64,000 bases of DNA from Veleropilina oligotropha (Eukaryota). Position numbers and translations under genes: made by a program. The notes under the pieces were generated by a model that saw nothing but the letters and a program-made list of their open reading frames with translations, was not told the DNA's origin and searched no databases. The stretch spans positions 124,001 through 188,000 of the forward strand of contig JBEUKZ010000067.1 in NCBI GenBank assembly GCA_048128005.1, read 5' to 3'. This document shows positions 24,101 through 36,100 of this stretch, piece after piece; position 1 is the stretch's first letter; each line of letters opens with the position of its first letter.

Positions 24101-27100
24101 AATAATTGTTTATTAAATTCAATGTGAACTGGCTTGTCAAAATACTCAGGTATGACATGAAAGTATCAAAATCTTAAAATGTTTTTAAGAAATGAACACA
24201 CATTGAATCACCTCATAATGTCTATTTCATAGAATAGCTAGGCATAACAATAGCATTGCATCAGCACAGATTATGTAAATTGATAAATCAAGGAACAATA
24301 CTCACTGATTAGACGACCTCGGTCTAACAATACATCGTTGAGCAGTTACTATGTAGACTGCACAATCCATCAGCCGCATGGAATAATCCCACAGAAAAGG
24401 CTTAATAAAGACATTTTTGAGAAGCAACGCTGAGATGTGTATCTGCGAAAGCACGGACCTCGTGCGCGCGGATCGATACAATAGTGCGTGCGGCCTACTT
24501 TTCACAGCGAGAGTAGTCTCTCACTACCTGTGAAAACCTCCGCGAAACAGTCGTCTACGTAATGTCGCGGATATGAGAAGGTAAATACGAATAAAATATA
24601 CGTAGTTTTCCCTGCCGCGTATCACGGGTCCTGTCGAGGTAGTAACGTAGGCACGCATATGACAGGTTGATCGGTCCACATCGGGTCTCTGACCAGCGTA
24701 AAGCTTGGGGATAACGATAACGGGTGCGTCTTCGGTCGGCCGTTGATTCTTGGCGAGGGAACCGAAGATATGACGCCGCATCACCGACCCGTCGACTGGA
24801 AACGAACGTCTCGTAGCTCTGCGGATAGACTATGAAATACGGAACAACGCCTGCCCGACGCTAAGGCGATCAGAAAAATCTGTTTTGTGCGTTAAGTTCC
24901 TCATAGAGGTCGGGCCCATAGGCAAGTACGGGTAGAAGGAGAGCGTGAGAGCGATGTTTCAGGCTGGCGGCCGTATCGTACGGGTCGAAATTTCGAGTTC
25001 GAAGGATCGGAGAAAACCAAAGCGTTCGGTCGCTAGGGAGGCTAACACGGCCACGGCACTCGCGACCGTTGTCCGATAGCCTTTGACGGCGGACACTGAC
25101 ATACCGCGTTCAAAGAGCGACGATAAAAACTCGATAAACTTGTTCACAGGGGGGCGGAGTATATTGACCTGCCGGCTGTGACACCAATCCACGTACTTAA
25201 CCCATCGGTAGTCATAAACTTTAGTCGTGGAAAGCCTTCTCGATCGGCAGATGCGTAGGGCTGTTGCGCGAGAAATTCTTTCTTAGCAAGGGATCGTTCG
25301 ATAACCGCCAGGCGTGTAAACGTAAGTCGTTCGGCGATGTTGTAATACACGGCTGCGCGCCTGCATTAACCGGCCCGGTCTCTGCGGGAGCGATAACGGT
25401 CGGTCGACGATCAGATCGAGGAGGGTCGGAAACCAAGGTTGCGTGCGACATAGGGGCGCGATTAGCGTTATCTTGCAACGTTCGTTCGATGCCTTCTGTA
25501 ATACCAGTGTTAGAATGCACGACGGGGGGAAGGCATACGCGGACAGATTCTCCCATGTCATTGACAGTGCGGCGACCGCTAGGGCGGCCGGGTCCGGGTA
25601 CGGGGAGACATACAGAGGTAGTCGGTAATTAAATTCTGTTGCAAACAGATCGACTTGGGGTTGTGACCACCGGCGACCAACGTCCCGAGCTACTCGGCTG
25701 TGTAGCGTCCACTCTGTGTGTATTATCTGTGATTTCCGAGAGAGCGAGTCCGCTCTGACATTCAGCTTTCCCGGGATGTGTCGGGCTCGAATCGTCGAGA
25801 TGAGGGACATCACTAGGCGGTGTAGGTCTATTGCTCGGTCGCAAAGGGGATGCGAGCGAGTGCCGCCCTGGTGCTGGATGTAAGCGACGACAGTCTGTTG
25901 TCCGTGGCGAGCATTATGTGCTTGTAGCGGAGATGTGACGAGAGGGACCGTACTGACAGGTAGACGGCTTCTAACTCTAGGAAGTTGATGTGTCGTCCCT
26001 GAAGGTCCGTCGGCCATATGCCTGATGTCTCGTAACTGTCGAGGTGACCACCCCAGCCGTCGTTCGAAGCGTCTGTGAACAGGTAAGCGTTCGGCTCTGG
26101 CGGGGATATAGGAACCGACTGGTCCGGCAAAGCAGGGTTCAACCACACTGCTGTTGTGCTGGTAAACCAATGCCGAAGATCGATGCGATCCGTCCACTGC
26201 CCCGTCCGTTGTATCCAGCGATCCCTGAACGCCTGTTGTAACGGTCGTTTGTCCATGCGACTCGTCGGTAGCAGGGTCGCTACCGACTCGAAGTGCCCCA
26301 GGACAGTGGCCAGTTGTCGCGCTGTAGTTATGTCCGATGACAGGGTGTCTTGGATAACCGCGCGTAGGTTCCGCATACGTTTCTGGGTCGGTTTCGCGGT
26401 GTACCGGATCGTATCGAAGTCGACTCCGAGAAACGTAAACGTCGTCGAGGGCACGAAGCCGGATTTTGTCTCGTTGATCTGAAATCCCAGGCGCTTCGTC
26501 GATGACAGGGTAAAGCTCGTAGACCGGAGGCACAGATCTCGGGACGCCCCGAGGATCAGCCAGTCGTCGAGGTAGATATGTACCCTGAGCCCTAGAGAGT
26601 GTAGGAAGGCTCCGAGGGCCTGTACTGTTCTCGTGAAGACGTACGGGGCTGACGATAGACCGAACGGTAGGCACCTGAATGGTAGATCGTCTCCCCGTGT
26701 ATAAACCGAAGGTACCGATGAGCCGTGATATGCATCGGGACATGCAGATACGCGTCGGTCAGATCGATAGACGCTGCCCAGTCGCCCGGACGGATGGCCG
26801 CTCGTATCTTCGAGAGGGTTTCCTGCTGGAATTTCTCGGTACGAAGATATTAGTTGAGATACGAGAGATCGAAGATCGGTCGCTAGCGGCCCTCGGGTTT
26901 CGGGACCAGGAAGAAATAGCTGTATTATCCTGGTGTGCTGGGCGGCGCGGGATATATTGCTCCTTGAGGAGTAGGTCCCGCACTGCCTGGTCTAAGACCG
27001 CTTGCTTCTCTCCATGTAGGAGGCGAGCGTGTCTTGGTGGTGGTGCCTCGTTTAGGGTCGGATGCCGGTTGAACCAACGTGTATCCGGCACTCACGACGG

Positions 27101-30100
27101 AGGGACCCAGCTACTGTCTGGTAGTCTAGCCACGGCTGGCTGTACGCTAACAGATACGCTTCCACCGGCGGAAGCGGGCAGCTGGGACTGTCGTGTGTGC
27201 CGGCAGCCCTAGGGCCGAGGCGTCCCTCTCCCGCTCTGACGGGAGCTTGTTGGAGGTGCTTGCCTCTTCGGAGTGGGTTAATGGCCGGGGGCCTACCACC
27301 AGAAAAGGGCCATGCACGCTTGGAAGGCTTCGGGGTCCGGGTGGGCCCTGAATGCTTCCTCAAGTCGGCGGGTGGACACCCGGGGGGTGCAGCACCGCCT
27401 ACTCGATGGTACGGTCCGTCAGGTCCGCCGCTCTGTCGACGAATTCCGAGAAATCGTCGCCAAATAGAGCGGTGGCCGAGCAAGGCACGCATCGCAATGA
27501 GCGCCGGGTGGCCTCATCTAGCGAGGTGTCTTTCAGGTAAGTGTCCCTACGAAGTAGGCGTTACCCAGGACACGTCCCGTCTCCAACGCGTTGGTCTCCA
27601 TAACGGCAGCAACCTCCTGGAGGAAGGACAGGGCAGCCCACGGGCGCCGGGTCCATCCTCCTGTAATACGGCTATCGCCCCGTCTAGGAAAAATCCTGAA
27701 CGGACGACAGCCGCAGAGCCCATCGGGCGGAGCTCTCGAAAGCTTCCAAGGCGAACCCAGGAACTCTCGCTACAGAGGGAGTGTGACTGGCGGTCAGTCA
27801 ACGCAACGCTGCGTCAACACGAGCCGGCTCGGTCGCCAGGCACGGACCAGTACATGCGAACGGGATCGAACGCGAACTGGCCCGGAGGTACCTCCCACTA
27901 CGGAACCCCGAAGGGTACTCGGTCAGTGGGGAGGGCTCCACCGGATTGCGCCCCCGACTGAGCTTGGTTGTCGAGTCAACACCCGATCAACCAGCCCAGA
28001 CTGAGGTAAGGAAGGAAGCAAGGGGGCTTCCTTCTCAACAAACCGATGCGCCGCCGTCCTGTGCTTGACCGGGCCTACATACGACCGAGTCGGTTCCGGC
28101 AGGTCAAGCACCCCGTGAAGTGACGCAACAGCGTCGAGTTCGGCGGGTGGTGGAGGTCGGCTCCTGCGTGCCTGGAAGACTACCAGCGTCTTCGGGCCTG
28201 ACCGATACAGGGAGGTCGGAGTGAGTGGAGTCGAGGTCCTCGTCGGAACGAGGTTCGATCCCCACCACGGAGGCAGGAGCCGTGCTCTGCACCACAGGCA
28301 GAGGTGTAGGTACCTGGAGCGGCTAGGAAGCCGGTTGCCAGGCCCGACATCGGGACTCGAACTCCGCCGCGAACATAGCCTGGACGTTCTCCAAAGAGAA
28401 ACCCGGAGGCATGACGGGCGTCGAACTAACAGCCGGTAGTTCGGTCGAAGTCACCGTGGCGCTAGGTAGATGGGCTGCATGGACAGGTGTAGCCGAGAAC
28501 CCTTTTTTAGGGTCTCGGGACACGTGTCGAGTGGTCGAACCCGAAAGAACGGCCCGGAGGCGCGTTCGGTGGGCCGGACGACCGGTAGGACTGCGGCAAC
28601 AGTCCGTATCGGTCTACCACTCTGTTCGCGAGAGGCACGGTCGGAAAACCGCCGTAGAACCCCTCACCGAACGCAGCCGGTCTGTCCACGTTCTCTAGCG
28701 TGACCATCGTGGGTGCACGGGAGAGAACGGGCCCTCTGAAAAGCTCGTGAGCATCGAGGTTGAGCGGAAAACCCTTAGGGGTAGTCGCGTCGGTCTCGAA
28801 CGAGGCTTCAGGTGTCGCCAATTGTCCGGATCTTAGACCTTCGAAAAGGTGCCCGGCCTCTTTAAAGGCTTTCTCATTGGGTCGCTCCCTGTCGTTAAAC
28901 GGAGAGTTTCCCGCAGAAGGACTAACTGTCCCCTTATTCTTCGAGGCCGAAGAAAGGGATGGGGAACGTCTGCCCTGTTCAGCGGTTCGCTGCGTTGCCA
29001 GATATACCTTGCTAGCCGGCAAGGTATGGTTGGCTGCAGTTACTAGGCCCGTTTTAGGAGGATCGAACAGCACTCGGGCTCCTACCTGAATCTGGGGTCC
29101 CGGCAAGGTTACGGCGACTCCCCCATGAGTCGCGGAGGTTACGCCGGTAGATCCGGCGACAGACGGTATTCCTAGCCGAGAACCCTTTTTTAGGGTCTAG
29201 GGACATTTTATGGTCGACTGTCGTCCAGCGTCCCTGAAGTAGACAAAAAAACGTTAATTCCCTTTAACCTACCATTTTGTCCACTCTCGGGGGAGAACCC
29301 ACCGTGGTAACCGTACTGGTCGCCTTCACCGGTGGATATACGATCGCCCACTGCCTGCTGTTAAATCTAGGCACAGTTCACATTTATAAGACTTACTGTC
29401 AGTTACGGTGAACACGGCATTCCGTGCGCCTAGAAATCCGTGAAACTTCGGGTTACACCCGGAGTTGCACCGGACCATACTTCCCTCTCCCTGTATACAC
29501 GGGAGGGTAGTAGTGGGTGGAACGGGGTAGTTAAAAGTATATATTTGGTAGTTGTGACTATTTACTACGACAACTCTTAAAATTGCCCTGATCTGAAGAT
29601 CAAAGATCAGGCGATATACCGCAAAAAACCCCGAACTGGGAACACAGAGGCCGGGTAATAACCCGGCACGACCCGGTAAAAACCCCGGCAAATTGACTAG
29701 AACAAACGGGGGTTCTTTCTTAGAAAAAACCGCCCAGAAAAACACCTGAAAACCTCGTGGATGTTTTTATGTTAGTACAATGGCGTATTATCCCAGAAAC
29801 GGCAGGATATCAGAATAACTAATAGTGATATCTAAACGATCCTGCCTATTAACGACGCTAGAATTTTTATACAATAATAACCAGCAATAGCGTCGTTAAG
29901 GAATTATCCAATATAATGAGTTACCTGTTTTGCAGTCTCAAACAATATCAGATAAAAATACCGACCAGAAATTTCTTCGACACACGAAACTTCCCCTCTA
30001 AGCGGCCATGCTTTTCTCAGCAACAGCGGCGATGTCGGTTTCACTTGATTTCCACAACTTCTCGAAGTTTAGAATCACAATCTTCTATATTCACTTGTGT

Positions 30101-33100
30101 TTTAGTATCCACAACACAGGGTATATTCCACAACTTATATTACTGATATAAGGTTATAGCGTCCTCGATTTAACGTATAAATCGGAAGACAAATTTGCGG
30201 AGCAAAAAACACGTCTTTCCGTTTCGGCGGAAAACTTTGAATTGAGGTCTTGTGACTTCGATGGTTCGGAAGTCTCGCGAGACTTGGCGAGATCTCGCTG
30301 GGGGAACTTAGGAGAGGGGGAGCAGGGGAGGTGATCGTAGTGTTTTGACTTAAAAGGAGTGCATAATGTGACTTTATTCACTGTTTCCGGTTGGCGATAA
30401 TATGACTATTATGGCAAGAGTAAGGACGTAAGTATGTTTGTAACTACATATAAAGGACCAGCAATTATTTATAACCTGGATTGGCTGTTTATTTACGATT
30501 GTTGACACAACCATAAATCACCAGGTACCCTACAAATTAAGTTAATCTCATTATGTGTCAAGTCATTAGCACAGGTGTAAATAAAATTATTGCATAATCA
30601 GTTTACAAATACAAAATCTTGAGTATGTGATGGGCCAAACTGAAACAATGCCGTCTTAGGCCTACTACTACAGGTAATAATAAATCTGTGGGCTACTTGG
30701 AAAAGGAAGGCATTTGTAATTTAAATTATGCTATGGCATAATTATAGTTATACATTTTTTAACAATACTAGACGGGTATTATATATATAATTATAAATAG
30801 CACATCAAATACAGAAGGAAAGTGCCTGACTAATTTTGATTAGACAAGATTCGCGAATTGTGCGAAAGTTATTAATCTATTATGTATGTTGCCTGTATCA
30901 CGAATTGCACAGAATCGGAAAGCGCGTGTCTGATAACTAACGCAATGAAGCTTTGCCTCTGTTTATTTTGTTGCGGTCATTTACATTTGTTTAAACGGGT
31001 TATGTTTTAGATTCGATAGTTAAGTATACAGAACCAGCATTGTTTAAGGGAACTGTTCACGACTAAAACTTTCTATTTCTTGCTTGCTGTTACAAGATAT
31101 TTTTGTTTGCCACATGCTAAATTATCTGTAAATTAGCATGCGTAGTTTTTATCATTAGGTAAATGTTCATTGACAAGATAATTTCATATATGAGTGTGTT
31201 TAATCACAATATATTTGTTCTTCTGAATGCACTTAGACCAATCGTATTATCTTATTACACTGGTGGTGTATTGCTGCTTGTCTTTGCTGTGTTTGGTCAT
31301 AAGTTTGCATTCAAAGGGATATAACTGGTTAATGGTGTTGATCAGGGCAGACCAGTTTCTGCTTTGATCTCTGATAGTCCAATGGTCTCATGTTGACACA
31401 AGTAATATCATTAATTAGCTTTAATTACATGCTAAAGACACTGATATACAACAACTCCAGCAGACCTGAAGATTGTGTTTACTTTAAGATTAGTGGCATG
31501 CTGGGTCCAGAGAGATGCTGTCATAAACCAGATTACACTGATGAATTTGAGTTGAGATGAAAATGTTTTATTATAAAACTGAAACTATTCACGCGATGCT
31601 CACAAAATTTAGCAAACGCTTACATGGTTATAATATAGGAACTGTGTCAAAATTATAATGCTATATTCCAACTATAACCTGAGTTATCGAAGTTTAAAAA
31701 CTAAAACTTTAATTACATATAACGGTGTAACCACATGATGAATCGACGATCTCTTTGCAGCAAACATAACTTAGCATATTCGCCAACCCCCCTGCGAAGT
31801 TTGATAATAACAGTTGAAGCGAAATAAAAGTTATAAACGATATCAAAATATTGAAAATGTTAAAATTACATTGATTATAATCGTTAATGCCTTTTTGCTA
31901 ACAAGTTTTCGTTCGCAAAACAATATAGAGATTATAATGATGTCAGCATATGCCGATTTGCACTTCGAACGGAGCAGCAATAAACGAGAAAACGTTTAAA
32001 TTAATTTAATTAATTCAACTTGCCGCGTTATCACGAGACGCACCAACGATCTATATGCAGCAATCATAACTTAACATATAAGCATCAACCCTCCTAGTCA
32101 ACATTAAAACGAATAGATAAATTTGAATAAGATTTATAACCGATATAAAAAATGTGAAAAGTTCAATTTGTTTTAAAGATTGTAATAGCCGTAGCCACAT
32201 TATTTTACGTCCGATGAAATTTTCCTGTGCAAATTTATTTCTTCATATTGTCTAGATAATATATCCTGAGCGGCGCCTCGATCTGTTTGGCGGTTTTGGA
32301 GATTTTTTAAAAAGTGGTCCATTTTTTGGAAAATACAAGATAGCATCCAAACCGCAATTCCTAGAAAGTAAATTTTGCAGTTTCACACGAGTTCTCTATT
32401 ATACCTGTCCACTTCTGAATTTGAAATGTATCACATTTGCAGTTTCAGAGATATGTAAGGAACAAACAATCACAAAATAATATTAATAATAATAATAATA
32501 ATAATTCCTTGCATTACAATAGGGCTTCAGCCTTTTCAAGCCTTGAAGCCCTAATCTTAATATAATGGAGCTATAATTGTATGTGTGTGTGTTTGTTTCA
32601 AGTTGAACTCCTCCCAGACGCTTTGACCTAGGACCTTCAAACTTTGGGGGGTTAATCGGGGTCCCCCAAGGAAGGTTTACCACGAAAAAAAATCGGAAAA
32701 TTCGGGAAAAAAAAAAAAATTACTATAATGGACCTATAATTGTATGTGTGTGTGTTTGTTTCAAGTTGAACTCCTCCCAGACGCTTTGACCTAGGACCTT
32801 CAAACTTTGGGGGTTAATCGGGGTCCCCCAAGGAAGGTTTACCACGAAAAAAATTCGGAAAATTCGGGAAAAAAAAAATATATTTAAGGGAGCACTATCC
32901 AAAAAAAAAAAAAAAAAAAATTGGGGTGGGGGGACTTGCCCGGCGAAGACGGGTACCATAGCTAGTAATAATAATAATAATAATTCCTTGAATAACAATA
33001 GGGCTTCAGCCTTTTCAAGGCTTGAAGCCCTAATAATATTAATAATAATAATAATTCCTTGAACTAGCTATGGTACCCGTCTTCGCCGGGCAAGTCCCCC

Positions 33101-36100
33101 CAGCCCAATTTTTTTTTTTTTTTTTTTTGGATAGTGCTCCCTTAAATATTTTTTTTTTTTCCCGAATTTTCCGAATTTTTTTCGTGGTAAACCTTCCTTG
33201 GGGGACCCCGATTAACCCCCCAAAGTTTGAAGGTCCTAGGTCAAAGCGTCTGGGAGGAGTTCAACTTGAAACAGACAGACAGACACACACACATACAATT
33301 ATAGCTCCATTATATGAAGACTTATAGTAATTTTTTTTTTTTTTCCCGAATTTTCCGAATTTTTTTCGTGGTAAACCTTCCTTGGGGGACCCCGATTAAC
33401 CCCCCAAAGTTTGAAGGTCCTAGGTCAAAGCGTCTGGGAGGAGTTCAACTTGAAACAGACAGACAGACACACACACATACAATTATAGCTCCATTATATT
33501 AAGATAACAATAGGGCTTCAGCCTTTTCAAGGCTTGAATCCCTAATTATATAGCCTAGGTCACGGTCTCGCCAGCTGATATGAGTGGTTATAAATACCTT
33601 ATTGGCGTTATGGGCCCAATACTTTTCAATGAATTACCCCAACATGTTAAAACATGTAAACGTCTGGCATCTTTTAAATCTTACTGTCATGACTTTTATT
33701 TCAAGAAATTTTTAAGTGACTTGTCTCATTGATTTTATTTTTAGTTAATCCGATATCTGAAATTTTCGTTTTAGTAAATTGTACTTCTTATTTTCATTAT
33801 TATATTTTATCCTGTAATAATATGTAAGGCATTTCAAGTTTTATTGAACTGACTTTTATTTCTTTCAATGCGTTTTATCTCATTCATATTATCCCGTACA
33901 TTAATTTCGTTTTAGTCATTTTTAGTTTTTATATGTTCAATTCTATATATTTATGTGTTGTGTTTCATGTATTATTGTTTTAGCTCTCGACCCTTGTGAA
34001 AATAGGTGTTACACCTACTAAGGCTATCGAGTTTAAATAAAGATTATTATTATTATTATTACTAGCTATGGTACCCGTCTTCGCCGGGCAAGTCCCCCCA
34101 CCCCAATTTTTTTTTTTTTTTTTTTTTTTTGGATAGTGCTCCCTTAAATATTTTTTTTTTTTCCCGAATTTTCCGAATTTTTTTCGTGGTAAACCTTCCT
34201 TGGGGGACCCCGATTAACCCCCCAAAGTTTGAAGGTCCTAGGTCAAGGCGTCTGGGAGGAGTTCAACTTGAAACACGCACGCCCGCCCGCCCGCCCGCAC
34301 GCACACATACAATTATAGCTCCATTATATTAAGATTACTAGCTATGGTACCCGTCTTCGCCGGGCAAGTCCCCCCACCCCAATTTTTTTTTTTTTTTTTT
34401 TTGGATAGTGCTCCCTTAAATAATTTTTTTTTTTCCCGAATTTTCCGATTTTTTTTCGTGGTAAACCTTCCTTGGGGGACCCCGATTAACCCCCCAAAGT
34501 TTGAAGGTCCTAGGTCAAGGCGTCTGGGAGGAGTTCAACTTGAAACACACACACACACACACACACATACAATTATAGCTCCATTATATTAAGATTTCCC
34601 GAATTTTCCGAATTTTTTTCGTGGTAAACCTTCCTTGGGGGACCCCGATTAACCCCCCAAAGTTTGAAGGTCCTAGGTCAAGGCGTCTGGGAGGAGTTCA
34701 ACTTGAAACACACACACACACACACACACATACAATTATAGCTCCATTATATTAAGATTATCACCATATATATTCAGCATGGTCTCAGATGGAGATGAGA
34801 TGGAGTATCTAGTAACACAGGACCCAAACCAGGGAGGTATTACATTGTACATATTTGTAATTGTGAAGTCACGAGGTCATCTGCTCAAATCGTGGGTCAA
34901 GACTACAAACCCGCACCTTTTTTACCTTAATTTTGCATAAAGATAAAAAGAAAGTCAATCACCTGCATTCCTGTATGAGGGCTGTTGATGGAGAATGGAG
35001 TGACAGATCGAATGAGGGATGCCAATCCGCCCACTTTTGCCGCCTCAGCTGCACCTCGAGACCGATACGCCACTGAAACGCCATAGCTCACCCACGGCTG
35101 GTTGAATACAATAATTTTACCTTGTGCCTAAAAAATTTACAAAAGTCATAATTTTGTTTATGCTTCAGTCGAATTTAAGATCCGATTTGGATTGTTATTT
35201 TTATTCAGTAGAAACCAATGACGCAATTTATTACGATAATTATGTTAATTTTGTTTTAAGGTGTATATAACATTAATAATGATTATTTAAACCAATTGTT
35301 GTGATGTATTTTATTGTCTTGGCCTGTGGTTTAACTAACCATATTGTTAGCTAGATCATGGGGGACTACTTTCTTACACTAAAAATTAGTTTATTAGTTT
35401 ATTAAATTAATATATTTTAATTTAGTTTATATTTTTGCAATGTTTAAATAGGTTATAACGCTTGGATTATGTTGTTTAATCGGAGAAGCCAGTGCACTTC
35501 ACAACTCAGTGCCTCGTGAATGAATTGCAGGGTTCTCCGATTAGACAGCCAAACTTCATGATATAACCTACACGTATATACTACACCTGCTGGGCTTTCG
35601 AGTGGAGTTCGTCAAAGGATCGGACCACCAGCACCTCGGCTGTCACGCCGTCATGGGGCGTCGCAATGCTGCTGCCGAGACCCAAGATAGACATCGGGTG
35701 ATTCCGCGGCTGGAGCATAACGGCCGACTCGGCACCACGCACCCAATGGGACACCTGAAATCGACAGACATGGGACACCTGAAATCGACAGACATCGCAC
35801 AGTCTCCTCACCACAGAGCTTGCAAGAGCACTCAGACTGATGTAAAGAAAGTATACTCTAAACTTGTGAAAGACATGAAACTGACAAACAGGAAAACATT
35901 TATACAATTCTACTACTAATCAGCACCAGCAAGCACACAGGGATAACCCTGATACACAGAAATAAATGTCAACTTCTCACTGTGGACCCCAGTTTACAAT
36001 CTGAAGCTGGTATGGAGGAGATAATGTAGATTCTGCACTGCACATCAAGTGATTGACCCGAGTCGGTTATTATTTTATCACTTACATCTTTAAAGTACAG

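Larger units (their letters stand above)
23106..30451 (-). mobile_element. Full-length DIRS1-like tyrosine recombinase retrotransposon
   Basis: ITRs at 23138-23344 and 30233-30439, ICR at 23404-23494, and gag-like, RT, RNase H, methyltransferase-like and YR remnants. No TSD; an AT dinucleotide is shared by both ends and the ICR junction. Confidence 0.95.
20513..33545 (+). mobile_element. Possible Helentron-type (HINE-like) element hosting the DIRS and Helitrons; 3' hairpin end present three times
   Basis: 5' ATTAAAGCTGCAAAGCAGC..AGGGCTTCAAG. 3' AGGGCTTCA..TGAAGCCCTAAT hairpin at ~32521, ~33000 and ~33512. Related internal repeats at ~20610-20690 and ~31760-31850. Confidence 0.5.
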
